Shown: positions 32,199 to 44,933 of the stretch, one piece after another
How the letters are laid out: every line of letters begins with the position of its first letter
How positions within the stretch are numbered: position 1 is the first letter of the stretch
Source of the DNA: Setoptus koraiensis
Taxonomy: Eukaryota > Animalia > Arthropoda
Direction: 5' to 3'
NCBI GenBank assembly: GCA_048013815.1
Contig: CM106585.1
Span: 11,966,001 to 12,030,000 of the forward strand
Length of the DNA: 64,000 nucleotides
Position numbers and translations under genes: made by a program
The notes under the pieces: model-generated
Told to the model about the DNA's origin: nothing
Seen by the model: only the letters and a program-made list of their open reading frames with translations
Databases searched by the model: none

Positions 32199-35100
32199 AT
32201 GTACTACCCAATTGGTTGGCAGAGGATCCTCAAATTAGACTTGGATGAGAGGACGGATGCCGCGTCAACAGAAGCCTATCCATATCATATTTTATCGGTA
32301 CAGCCAAATTTAGACAGGGAATTATTTTTAATTTTAACTAACAAATCACTACATGTATGGTTTTCGAAGCCTGCCGTGGAAATTGTTTGCCACCGAAGAT
32401 CAGCCAGATCTATAGAGGAGTTTGGCTTGAATGTTTCAGCAGTATGGAGGTTTGATTTGAATACCCGCACAGGGACAGTGGTCGTGGCTACCAGTGGCGA
32501 CCAGCTGCTATTCTATCAGATACGCTCCCGTAGTCCCCCATCTATGTCTTCAGCCACATTCCTGATACCGAAATCCATGTCCAGTAGCGATGCTAATTTC
32601 AAGATTCGAGATAATCTATCAAATAGGAAAGACATAAACATATCAACACAATCGGCCTTAGACTCAGTTCCAGCGTTGACATTGTATCTAGATGGAAAGC
32701 TAAACTTCTCAGATTTTGGAGTGTCATGCTTACTAGCTGCCGGGCAAAGAGTTGTTGTGGCATCGCTGAAATACGGTGATATTCATGGAGTTTTATGGGA
32801 CGGATCAGCAGACAACAATTTCCCTTGGACGCTCAAAGACGCTCACCATCAGAATATTGCGACCAACAACAATATCAACAATTACAACAATAACAATCTT
32901 TCAGCATCAGATCCACTGTCAGAGTTCAAATCACTTAACATATCTACCTCTAGGAATTTAAAATCTAGGTATAGTAGCGATTCTCTCGAAGGAAGTAGCG
33001 GTTATCATTCACCAAAGGATGTTAATCCACCCTTAGTGGCGTCATCTCAAAACAACCATCCACTAAGAAAATTTTCCAACTCACCTAATTCTTCTTATAG
33101 TGCCGCAAGTGAAAATAATAGTATAGATGAGATCTACTATCAAAGTGGGCATCGGTATTGTCCTTATGTCACAGATATTAAATACTCATCAGCTCACGCC
33201 GGGTTTAGCCTTGTGTTCTCTACAGGGAAAGCAGCCTTCTTACCTGTTGTTCAAGTTGCCAACCAAAATCTTGATTCGGATACATTGAACACAAAAAATA
33301 GGAAAGACTCACAGTCGTCCAACGCTTCCGAAGTTGAATCGTCCTGTAGTTCATTGCATTCCGACAGTCAGAATCAGAATGGCGGCCACTCTCAGAGCAA
33401 TGAACTCAATTCTGGTAAAAAATATACTCATAGTAAAACTGTTATAAATTATGTCCCAGGTGTTGACAATGCTACTTGTACAGAAGTAAATCATAAATTC
33501 AGATTGATTGCTTATGGTTTGAGCACTTCTCATGTAATTGTATGCAACATTGATGAAGTGAATCGCTCGGCAATCATCAACCACAGGCTGGCATTATCAT
33601 CTAGTCGTTTTCCAGGTAAGCTTCATTGCCGAATCTTCGACCATTTCCTTTGTCTCATTTAGTAATAAGAATTAAATTCTTTATCTTATACAGATGCCAC
33701 CAATAAAACAGGCCCGATAACGGACCTGAAGTACACCCCCGATAATCATGCATTGATAACAGTTTGGGACAAAGGTGGACTTGCGATGTGGAGCGTGTTT
33801 GGTTCTTTGCTGTTCACCAGCTTGAGTTGGGAGGAGAGTCTGAACAATACCATGACATCCACCAGAATATCTTCACTGTCATGGGGTCGTGAAGGTTACA
33901 ATCTATGGATTGTATTAGATCAACAGCAAGATTTGTCCAGTGAGACATCGGGACCCTCAAAGAGTGACAATAATTCATCGACAACAAATGGCGATCATAG
34001 TTTAGTTAAGGGCAAAGGAAAACTCACAACATTGTCGTTCGCAAAAGCAGCGTTGATCAACAGCCCTCACATCACATGTGTTACTGAATCAGTATTACTC
34101 CTTAGTGAAGATCGTCTATACGTAGGCCATAGTGTTTCACAGGATCCAAAACTAGACTCTTGGGACATGATTCAATTACCCCAATCTTACATTGGTTGTA
34201 ACTGGCCCATAAGATACGCAACAATCGACAGATTTGGCGACAATATTGCAATAGCGGGCAAGTATGGTTTTGCTACATACTCAATGGTCAACTCGAAATG
34301 GAAACTATTCGGTAATGAGACTCAAGAGCGAGACCTGACTATATGTGGAGACATGATCTGGTGGTTTGATTATATCGTCCTACCATGTCATAATATCAAC
34401 ACTAATCAGTATGAGATACGTGCATATTGCAATAAACAACGACTAGATAATAACTATGCCGCCATAACCCCTATTAGCAAAAAGATGGTTTTAATCTCAA
34501 TATTTGAGAACAGATTATTAGGTCTATATAACGATGGACGAATGGAAATGTTCTTATTGAATCTCAGACAGGTACATCATCAGTCGCAAAATAGTAGCAA
34601 CAAAACTGGAACAGCTCGACTAACCCGCTCAGCTTCATTCATAAAGATACTTCAAAATACACTGTCTTCGGAAATAACTGCTAAAAACTACACTCTGGAG
34701 ATTGTACCCTTTGATAGTTTAGTTGTATCTAACTTAAAAGCTAAGTGCCTAACATCTATAACATTAACGAGATTGCATTTTGAGAATAGCCGCACTGATG
34801 ACAGTATACTATTGAACGCATGTGGTAAATTATTCCTATTGGAGAGAGATCCACCTCATAAACCAGAGGCCGATTTGACAAGCTCAAATTCTGGGCCAGT
34901 GGTAGACTCAACTATGACAGCCAATATCCACAGATTGAATCAAGCTCGAGTTTCGGCAACACCAATGGACTTCGCAGCTGCCGCTTTAGAAAGCACTGTC
35001 ACTACAGAGCCTTGTACCGTAACTTTTAGAGCTGTATATGTACTGGCCACCAATGTCGAACACTATTGGATATCACCCGATATTAGCAATCCACAGAGAT

Positions 35101-35894
35101 CACACTATTTGACAAAATCTCTTTGGTTGCTTAGCGGAAAACCTAGCGAAGATAGACTCAATAGTATGGGACCCTTAACAGTCTGGCTTCCGCTATTGCA
35201 AACGCAAGAGCGCATCATGTTACCAGTCAAGTGTAATCAAAATATTTACCCATTATCTATATTGTTCAATGATGCGATCATTCTAGGCGCCGAAAATGAT
35301 ACCATAATATATTCGACAACCAATTCATATGCTCCGTTTTGCGTGATAAACAGACAAAGTCAAGTTTACTTACATCGAATTTTAAGGGAACTTCTCAGGC
35401 GGGATCTAAAATGCCATGCGTCCGCGATCGCCAAAAGCTACGATCAACTGGCCTATTTTGCTCACTCATTCGAGCTACTGTTACACGAAGTTTTAGAAGA
35501 GGAGGCTAGCTCGGCACAACCATTACCTGAAAAACCTCTGTTGCCTTTGATTGTTAAATTTATTGAAGAGTTTCCCACAGTATATCTGGAAACTGTTGTC
35601 CATTGTGCGAGAAAATCAGAACTGGCCTTGTGGCCCGATTTGTTTGACGTGGTTGGTAATCCGCGCCGTTTATTTCAGCGATGTCTCAAAGAAAACAAAC
35701 TTGATACGGCGGCCTCTTGTTTGATTATTTTGCAAAGTTTTGAAAGAAACACAGTTTCGCATCAAATGGTGAGCGACCTGTTATCAGCCGCCAAAAGTAA
35801 CCCAGATTTTCATTATCTACTTGAGGATTTAGAGTGTTTCCTTGAACGAGCGCAGTTGAATCACGACATCGCGCCCGACAATCAGCATGCCTGA
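32199..35894 (+). CDS. RIC1: RIC1, Rab6 GEF complex subunit; join(32199..33615,33694..35894), about 1205 aa
   Basis: MYYPIGW N-terminus, GGLAMWSVFG, NWPIRYA, WKLFGNETQERD, VHCARKSELALWPDLF and AASCLIILQ motifs. The 78-nt GT-AG intron joins the two ORFs in frame. Confidence 0.93.
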
Positions 35895-36035
35895 TTGACA
35901 TCAGTGATATATTGCAATAAACCTATTTATAATCTATAGTAAACTAGTCGTCAACAATTTTTACACAGTTTGTTCTAATGATTACCTTGCACTTTTTTTA
36001 TCGGAAATCACAAAGCCTTAAAAAAATTATCACCA

Positions 36036-37685
36036 TCAGCACCGTGGATGGAATATCAATGATATTCTTTCCTTTGGTTTCGACAGAAAAGTTGCATGCG
36101 TCACCATGACCAACTGATTGGGGCTGCCAAGTTTCAATCGGTACTTTGATAATATGTGAGTCACTATCAATTTCATCTCTGTCATTGCCAACGACTGACC
36201 TGGACATTTGCGCAATCCATAACCGAATGGTGCAAAATGTTCTGGCAATTTGCCCATTGAGTTAGTGTTTGTAGGATCCATGAAGCGATCTGGATTAAAT
36301 TGATCAGGTTCGTTCCATAGCTTAGTATCAAAATGTATACTCATGCTACTCAGTATAACAGTGGTTCCAGTAGGCAGTGTAACCGGCCTGCCATGATCCA
36401 ATAAACCAGTCGTATCTAGAGTGATGGGCTCGTCGAGGTAACGCGTAACAAACAAAGGCGAAGGGGTAAACATTCTCAGTGTTTCGTAAATCACTGCTTC
36501 AAGATAAGCCGCAGCAACACCCTCTCTAATTATTTCGTTGTATAGTCTTTCTTGGATCTCTTGATTGTCTGATAGCAGCCAAAACAAGTAGGCTAACGTT
36601 GTTGACGTAGTATCATAACCAGCCACTAAAATTGCCAGAGCGTTACCTTGAACTTCCGTCCTATTCAATGTACCATCTTTGTACAATTTTATCAAAGCAT
36701 CCAACAATGGAACTCTTTTTTCGTTCTCTCGATGATCCAGGGTTTTTTTAGACGGATGCTCATCGATGCGATCATTAATTGATTTAATTAATTTTGCAAT
36801 AAAAGGACCGGCAGTTATGTACTTAATAACAAAGTTAATCAATGTTGCCAGTAGTGGCAATCTAATAACCCATTCAACCAAACCATCATGACTACCCATT
36901 ATGTCTGTGTATGAGTCGAGTAGTTTGACATGTGGCTCATTCTCACCAACAGTCATTTGTTTCATATTTAGTGCTAATGATCCAATCATACTATAGGTGA
37001 CCGACTTCATTAGTTGGTGTATGACAATGTCAAATTCTACCTTATTTTCTTTGCGTTGCTGATTGTTCTTTGAATCAAGATAATTTAACATGGAGTCCAT
37101 GGTTTCATCTAGGTGAGCTGCTGCTTCTTTCTCTTCTATTCTATAGCGACTGATGTATACGAATGAGAGAACAAACATGCAATTTATAAATAAAGATAGA
37201 TACCAACGTGGTACAGTGATAAATTAATGAAACACTTGCCTGAATATCGGCTGTATGAGTTTCCTTTGGCTTTTCCATTTGGAACCACTCGAAAATAATA
37301 TGCTAGCATCTATAGGATTTGCTGATATGGGCAAGTTTATTCTACAAAGTAAATTTTTCTGATGCTTGACTAATAGCTGTTGGGCAAGTTTTGGATCGCT
37401 TATGACAACACAAGCTTGATCTGCCAAGAAATAGGCATACAAAGGTCCGAAGTCTTTTGCCATAGCGATCAACTCTTCATGGATAACTTTGCCTTTGAAT
37501 CTATCAAAATTTCCCTTCCAAATATCCGTATCTGTGCATGGAATACCTATCTTGTTGAAGAATTCGATGTTTTTCTTCCTAGTTACGAAAAAAGCAGCAG
37601 TTTTTACCACAGCTGCAATTCCGAAAAATATGCCAATACAAATTGATTGACTATATATTAATCTAATGATATCGACTAGATTCAT
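36036..37685 (-). CDS. Cytochrome P450, CYP3-clan-like; complement(join(36036..37149,37240..37685)), 519 aa
   Basis: N-terminal TM anchor, WKSQRK, AGYDTTSTT I-helix, ETLR, PDRF and FGYGLRKCPG heme motif. A 90-nt GC-AG intron (AG|GCAAGT) restores the frame. Confidence 0.92.
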
Positions 37686-38947
37686 TTCTTACGATGGCGA
37701 AGATCTTCAACGTTCAACAATAACTAGAGTGTGATTATTATTAGTAAAGATTAACAAAAATGATATAATATGCAAAGTGAGATCAAGTATGCGATATTAG
37801 AGTGAATTGAGCGCGTTCTCGAGGCGTTTCGAAAGTTTTCCGTTGTTTGCAGCAACAACAACAACAGCCCAGATTGCTAGCTGGCGAATAGACATGCTCC
37901 AGACATCGGTATGTATGTATGGATGAGTTAGCTGATAGCTTTGAGACCAAAGCTACAAACTAGAAAACAAGGAAAATCACTACTAATTAAAGACACATCC
38001 ATGAACGGTTTTGCTTTGTAACAGTTATCAGTGACAAGGCTCATTATCAACCGAAGCATAATTGATGAACCACTGAATTCAACAATTATTGCTCAAATGG
38101 TGCGAGTTGTTATGTGACAAACATGATAACTCGAGTCAGTGTTTCAGCTGGAAAACTATCAGTTTGCTATTCCACTCTAGGTGCCAAAAATGGCAGACTA
38201 CCATAGCTATTGAGAGTATTGCTGGCAACCAGTATCAAACGTTTCCAACCTGACTTGGCGAAGTTTTTGCAAATATTCGCGTATTCCCTCTGTTCCTCGG
38301 ATGTGCGAAGACGACTAGATGTTGATTTATTATTCACTCATGTTTGCCTGATATTCGCATCAAGTGTCGTCATGTACTTGTTAATCACCCTAACGATATT
38401 TTCACCGGATGAACTAGCAAGCCTGAGCACAACTAACTGATTAGACACTACCCATCGCACCTAGATGCGAGAAGTTCTTCGAAAATCGATGGGTTGCCCT
38501 CTTGCATCTCCTATTAATCTTATATGAGCAGCCTTCGAATTAATTTCCAACCCGTCCTCGTTGGGCCAACCCCGATGAATATCATCAAGAAAAATGCTTC
38601 CTATAAGCCCAATAGAGCGCTTCAAGGAATCGATCTGCCTAAAAAGGTAAATACAAGTTTGGCTCATGACAGAACCAAAAAATGTATTGATTACTTGGTC
38701 TGGATCTGTAAGATGATTCTTTTATTATAGCGGACAAATCCTATTAAATATACAATTATCTACTGTATACCCGGGATAAACAAATTGAGTATTAGAGGTA
38801 GACAGCATCGAAATAGTCAGTAAAGTATTGTTAAGTTAATTCTTGTTACTATATACAGTTAGCAGTTTATTAGATCTAAAGTTACGTATTTACATATCAT
38901 AGTAAATAGTGTCACAATCAATCAACAATCTTTGTGGCAATGGGGCT

Positions 38948-40828
38948 CTATATGGGTGTTTCACTATTAAAATAAACTGGGCTTTGTCGTTGCGTGAACG
39001 TTTGTGGTGCGGTAACGTGATAATCAGTCTTTGACAGTTTCATAGCAGCATGGTGTTTTGCAGATGTAGCTTTTGGATGTTGCGCTCTATTGTGGGTATC
39101 ACCGTTATAATTTTGAGTATCGTGATTGTTATTGTTGTTATGATTAAAATTTTTACCATAGTGATCATATCTACCATTCATTGACTGTTTCATTGGATTT
39201 ACACCATAGACAGACGGCACTGTATCGGATGTCTGTGTGGGGGGCTGAGTATTATTCTGTTGATCCTTGTTTTGATTATACCTCATGCTACTTCTTCTCG
39301 TTTTCACATCAGTTTGATTCAATTGCTGATTCGACCTGTGCTTGTTGGTATGGGTGCTATAAAGACTCTCTCCATCTCCATTCTGGCTATTCTCGCCATA
39401 GATATTGTCATAATTTCCGTTAGCGTTCCTACTGGCAATCGAAGCATGTGAATATAAACTAAACCGTGAACCAGAATAAGTTGGATTTGAGCTGCCTGCT
39501 GCTTTGATGTTTGAAGGGTGACTGCTCCTTTGGTTGTTGTAACTATCCAGAGAAGATAGCTCGCCATAAGAGCTTAGTAGATTGGCATTAGATGAATGCG
39601 GTGGCTGGTAAGAGGGCAGATAATCAGCGCTCGATAATGAAGATAGTCTACCTCTTTGTTGAGACGATCTATTTCCAGCCTTGACACTAGCGGCAGTGGC
39701 ATAAGTGAGGCTGGATTGATCGCTTCTTTTGCCATTACTTCTCCTACTACGACGTGATGACAACGAACCCGTCTTATAGTTATTTTGAGTCGATGAAGTG
39801 GAACCTCTCTGACTGGTTAGATTAACACTATCAGATGCTTGGCGTAAGCGACGTCTAGTTGATCTCATGGATGACATAGAGTGCTGTGAGCTACGAGCAC
39901 CTGTTCTATTGGTGGGCCTTCTTAGTGATGCCGATGTAGATAATTTGGAGCCTGGGTAGGGATTCGAATCTACACGCATTCTATCTGGAGGAATCTGATT
40001 AAGATGATATAATTTCTGGTCCGAAGTATTCTTTTCGTAGTAACCGCCCCTATAAGGATAGATACACATCACATAACTACATAGAATGAAAGCTAACATG
40101 GATATGAAAACATGAACAGCGGCCTGAGTGGATTCGATGAAATGATAATCAATTCGGCATCCTGTTATAGCATATGGTTGCATAAGTGCATATTGATTAC
40201 TTGTTGCTGCTTGTATTGAGCTAATGTTGTATGGTAAACATCCTGGTCCATTTGAATGCCACCAACTGGTTGTGCCTGTGAAAAAGTTGAGATTGTCTTC
40301 TGTCAAGTGAGTATCGTACAATTTTGTATGTATGCATATGACAATAAAGTTCCAACAAATATTTACTATGGACCAGAATAGGAATAAGGCCAGGTATGAT
40401 TTCCTGTGTTGATGGACGCCAAACAATGCAACGATGATGAGTATTATGGTGAAGAAATTGATTACTATTTGTAACCAAATTTGACCTAGAAAATCAAAAA
40501 TTTGGCGTGCTATTGTGAGCAATAATAGTATAACAAGTGTTATATTCAGTGCTGTTTTAGAACTAAGGCATATATTTCCATTGTTGTATGGATTGATTTT
40601 TCTTCGACGCTCACTTGTGTCATTGGGCCAGAGCAAACTTGTTGATGCAAGCGAATGTCTTCTAATTGTCATGAGATTATCTACGCTTGTCTTGGGGTTT
40701 GCTGCTCGTGTTCTGCTAATGGTATCGATGGATGACAAACTAGATGATATACTGTTGAGGTTTGTCATGAGACCGTGTTGATTATTGCCATTGGCTCTGG
40801 TCGTTCTTCGCTCGTGTGCTCCATACAT
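38948..40828 (-). CDS. NKAIN: Na+/K+-ATPase beta-interacting protein (NKAIN) with long S/R/N-rich cytoplasmic tail
   Basis: RQIFDFLGQIW...NFFTII...FGVHQHR...WNFIVIC, WWHSNGPGC, GCRIDYHFIE. Intronless CDS. Confidence 0.88.
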   Translation of the reverse strand: MYGAHERRTTRANGNNQHGLMTNLNSISSSLSSIDTISRTRAANPKTSVDNLMTIRRHSLASTSLLWPNDTSERRRKINPYNNGNICLSSKTALNITLVILLLLTIARQIFDFLGQIWLQIVINFFTIILIIVALFGVHQHRKSYLALFLFWSIVNICWNFIVICIHTKLYDTHLTEDNLNFFTGTTSWWHSNGPGCLPYNISSIQAATSNQYALMQPYAITGCRIDYHFIESTQAAVHVFISMLAFILCSYVMCIYPYRGGYYEKNTSDQKLYHLNQIPPDRMRVDSNPYPGSKLSTSASLRRPTNRTGARSSQHSMSSMRSTRRRLRQASDSVNLTSQRGSTSSTQNNYKTGSLSSRRSRRSNGKRSDQSSLTYATAASVKAGNRSSQQRGRLSSLSSADYLPSYQPPHSSNANLLSSYGELSSLDSYNNQRSSHPSNIKAAGSSNPTYSGSRFSLYSHASIASRNANGNYDNIYGENSQNGDGESLYSTHTNKHRSNQQLNQTDVKTRRSSMRYNQNKDQQNNTQPPTQTSDTVPSVYGVNPMKQSMNGRYDHYGKNFNHNNNNNHDTQNYNGDTHNRAQHPKATSAKHHAAMKLSKTDYHVTAPQTFTQRQSPVYFNSETPI

Positions 40829-42003
40829 GATGCTGATTGGATATTGGATACTGATCGATATATTGTGTCAGTAATTAATAATGAGATTAGCCATCCGGAG
40901 GGTCAATCTATTGAGCAGGTTTCTTTAATTACTAGTTGCATCGGCTGATATGAATGGATATATAAATAATAACATGAATATTGACATATATAGCTTGGCT
41001 TTGTTGTTTTTTGGAATGCTGGTCATAATTGTTTGATGATTTTAATTCCTAGATTTGGATTTTTTGAATTTCTTATACCGTCCGCAGCAAGACTGTTGAG
41101 CAAATTGCTGTACTGGGGCAAATTGTTGAGCTGTTGGTGTGACCAGGCATAGGTTGGGGCAAGTTGTCGAGTCAATTGTTTGAGATTTGATGTGGCTGGC
41201 ATGTTTTCATGATTGACACTGATTCATAATGAGTTATTTGATATGTTCAAGAGAGCCCGTTGAAATCGATTAGCAACAACGAGGCATGAGAATGGATATG
41301 TAGTGTTGTGGCATGTATTAATTGCATAAGATGAGAGAACAGGTTAGATGCATTGCACAAATTTGATGCAAGCGCTCACTGCCATTACTCATCTATGTAT
41401 CGCGGAGTTGTTTCCTTGGCCCGAGCTATCACTGCAAATTCGCTGCTTTAATAATATACAGTAATGTAGACTACAGTGATGGATAGTGTGGATATGTAAA
41501 TCTTGCCCTGTAGATGAGTATATTAAATACATCCGATACACACCAGCTGATAAGATAACAATTGTGACCAAGTGCCCCCTTAATACTGTGCTAGTGTGAT
41601 GAGGCGATGGCAATAATAATTGGAGTGCATGTTGTTTCTGTGTGATTGCTATTGTGGCTTAATTAGAATGGTTGCTAGTTTGTTGTCCTTTGTTTCTGTG
41701 GCGCTAATTGAATCACATTGTCATGCTAATGCCACTGGCGATTGCATGCAATGATGTGTAGTCTGTAATTATTGTATATTGTCCTCCTGTTGCTTTTGTA
41801 TTGGTTGTGGCTCGAAGAAACAACTGAGGAAATGGTCGCGTTACCTGATGACAATAGACACACATATTATAACTGCGTGTGTGTGTGTGTGAGACACAGA
41901 CAGAACGAGAATTCTTCGTTTCGAAGAAAGAGACTTGTTGGTCGCAATGGTGCAGCAGTGCCAACAATGATGCTACGCGTATGCCATGGGACAGCATAGT
42001 TGT

Positions 42004-42008
<5 letters not shown>

Positions 42009-42042
<34 letters not shown>
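42009..42042. repeat. (TG)17 microsatellite
   Basis: Read directly. Confidence 0.95.
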
Positions 42043-42044
<2 letters not shown>

Positions 42045-43917
42045 TGGCCGAAACTTGCAACAACAAGCAGCGGTCAGCAAGAATGAACGAACGGCGCAAC
42101 AACCAACAACCATAAACTGTACTGACCAGCTTCGAATAAGACGATGCGGTTGCTTTTCTTATTCTTCTGACCATTATTTTCAGTTAGCAAAACACACACA
42201 CACACACTCACTGGCCTGTGGTCAATCTCATGCTGTTTCCACCCCCACGAAACTCGTGCTCACACAATCGCGCTGCCTCTCATTTTCTTGTGCGCACCAA
42301 CAATCTTTAGAGCCTGTCAGTGTTCGTCGTGTCGTGCGACTGCTTGCTCACTACAACCTATATGAGACACACAACCAACTAACAGACGCGAATCCAACTG
42401 CTAAGGGGGGTGCAAATGTTTCGAACTGTTTCGACTTGAAACTTTCGAGTCCATTCGATCCGCGGCGACATGAGCATTTCGCGCTCAACTTAAACTCGAC
42501 CCAAGGATGGCACAAGTTTTGCCGCGGGCTCCGGCAAAGTTCAAGCATAACGCCATTAATACTGTCATAAATAGTCCATACGGGCCACATCATTCGTCAT
42601 CTCAACGATCCGAAACCAGTGAGCATTGTTATATGTTTTTCGATTTGTCTTCACGCCAGAGATCTTCCCTACCAGAGGAGAACTTTTCTGGCCGGAGCCG
42701 GAAATCATTGTGAAAGCGATGGGAGAGACAGCGGCTTGTGGCATACTTTCGCAACTGATCGCCACAACATTGTGCTAAGTAATGCTAGTCGCTTCTCGTC
42801 ATCAATGAGCCGAAATACTAATTGCTAAGTTGAGCAATTGTGATAGCAATTTTCAACAAGTCCTCGCGCGCGAGAAAGTAAAGATGGCAACTGATTACGA
42901 CGAGGACGCTAGCGTGATCAAAGAACTAAATAAATTTTCAGATGTCATAGCGAAACTCTCAACCTGCACTTCGGACTGCCAAGTTTAGAGGCCCCCATCT
43001 CCGATAGAGTGTATTTTTAAAATGAACGAATATGAACATCTCAAACTGTGCCTTTTGCACGAACTGAGCGCACATGCCCCGAACATATCAGAAGTATCCC
43101 AGGCAGCACAAACAGGCTGGTTGTACGTTCTGTGCAGTGCTCAATTGATGAAATGTGGACCGCTGCTGAAGCACCCACTGCAACGGAGAAAGGCATTCGC
43201 AGATGACGCCACCTCGAGAGAGTAATTGCAACTTTGATGCCAGACGTCATTTGCGCGAATCGCACCAACTTTGTGTAACTGGGACAACAAATAGAACAGT
43301 AAAGAAAAATTCGGTGCACAAATGGATATTGCATTTTTGATCAATCCACTGTATGCTTGACGCCACCACAGAATCACAAAACAGCATAGGGACTCTAGAC
43401 TGTAGAGGGCGCAAAGAACTGTAATGCCACTGTGCCATCGTGTGCGTTCTTACCAATGTCCAAACGCCAGGTGCAACAATAATCCGCGAGGGGCGCGGGT
43501 TGCATTCCGCAACGCACAACTGATACCACAGAGTGTTCCGTAAAATTTTCTCTTTCGTTGTATGTGCACACTGAAGCAGATAAAAGCGCAGACAAGGAAA
43601 CGTTCTCTGCCATTGCAGTTGTTCCTCATGCGTTATCCTGCAGATGAGATTACTAGGCCCAGAAGCAGCTAACACAGTTCAGAGAAAGCCACAAGCGCCG
43701 CCCTCGTGGATCTTCGTTGGAACTTACGTAGTGCAGAGACTGGACACAAATTTATACTGTACCTATATGACTGTATTGTATGCAAACAAACGGATAGCAC
43801 TGGATGTATTCGCTTTCTGTATCTCCCAGAGAATCGTTTCTGTGCTGTGCACTCCATATTATACAGTCACCCTGAATGAATTAAAGAATAGATAATTTAT
43901 ATTATTATTAAACAGTT

Positions 43918-44135
43918 ATATATATATATATGATATATATACATATATGTATATATATTTGCTCGAAATTGTAACATCATCACCAGCCAGCAGCATTGAT
44001 ATTTAAATAATCTGACGATTAATATACACACTTATATATATAAACACGCATATACAATCTATATATACTGTACAATATATGTATAATATATGAGTATATA
44101 TAATAAAATATATATTCGTATATAAACATACATAT
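43918..44135. repeat. (TA)n-rich low-complexity tract upstream of the BED-finger gene
   Basis: Multiple tatata runs, very low GC. Confidence 0.8.
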
Positions 44136-44148
44136 AAACATAAACACT

Positions 44149-44757
44149 ATGGAAAAACGCAATCAGAAGAGAAATAAATCTACCACTAGAAAACCTCGCA
44201 GATCTATTAAGGCTGAAGGAAATTATTTAAACAAATTGCTCCGTGATGGACACGCCAAGGTGATTGATGCCAGCAAATTAGGCAAACGATTAAGTAGCTC
44301 AATATGGTCTAGTTTCGGCTCTATTTTAGTAGAAGACAATTTCAACATGCCATCTATTACCACAAAAACTGTTGCCGATGGCAACTCAACCTTGAGGATA
44401 TGTCAATACTTCGTAGCTTGCGACAAATGCTTCAGTGTATTCAAATATGACGGCCATGCCTATGGAACAACCGGTCTTGTTAAACATGTCAAAATCTGCC
44501 CCAAAACACCCGTTGCGCCCCCTGATGCAGATCAGAAGCTCATTGTTTTTGCTGAGCCATTTGGTTCGAATGTTGATACAACCACCAATGAGACTAAGCC
44601 CAAAAGAAGTGAGCCTATCAAATATCTTACACGCGTAGTCGAAGACTTAAGGAAGGAGATGGTTGAGATGAAACAGAAAATGGATAATGTGTTAAATATT
44701 GTCAGCAACAGCACCTATATACTCCATGAAGGAGATGACAACAAAGTTGACCAATAA
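44149..44757 (+). CDS. Stand-alone BED zinc-finger protein with C-terminal coiled coil (202 aa)
   Basis: SSSIWSSF...ACDKCFSVFKYDGHAYGTTGLVKHVKIC fits the BED W..F-C-x2-C-H-x3-C pattern. Basic N-terminus; heptad segment LTRVVEDLRKEMVEMKQKMDNV. Confidence 0.8.
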   Translation: MEKRNQKRNKSTTRKPRRSIKAEGNYLNKLLRDGHAKVIDASKLGKRLSSSIWSSFGSILVEDNFNMPSITTKTVADGNSTLRICQYFVACDKCFSVFKYDGHAYGTTGLVKHVKICPKTPVAPPDADQKLIVFAEPFGSNVDTTTNETKPKRSEPIKYLTRVVEDLRKEMVEMKQKMDNVLNIVSNSTYILHEGDDNKVDQ

Positions 44758-44933
44758 TATAAGTTTGTTGCTAATTAAAAAATCTATTACATACACGATT
44801 GCACGAATTTAACATCTGTGCAATAACTGGTCAATGAGTAATGTCTATTCAAGTATATTATAATTAATGATGGGTTTATTCAGAAATTGGATTTATATCT
44901 GTTCGACAGCTGTCATCTATTCGCAAGAAAAAA

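Noticed and set aside
42884-43880. Microsatellite-free stretch with short protein-like frames (MATDYDED..., IDEMW, RWNLRSAETGH), possibly a decayed gene or viral/transposon relic
   Set aside because: I could not match any frame to a family and stops occur in all frames. A TBLASTX/BLASTX search would be needed.
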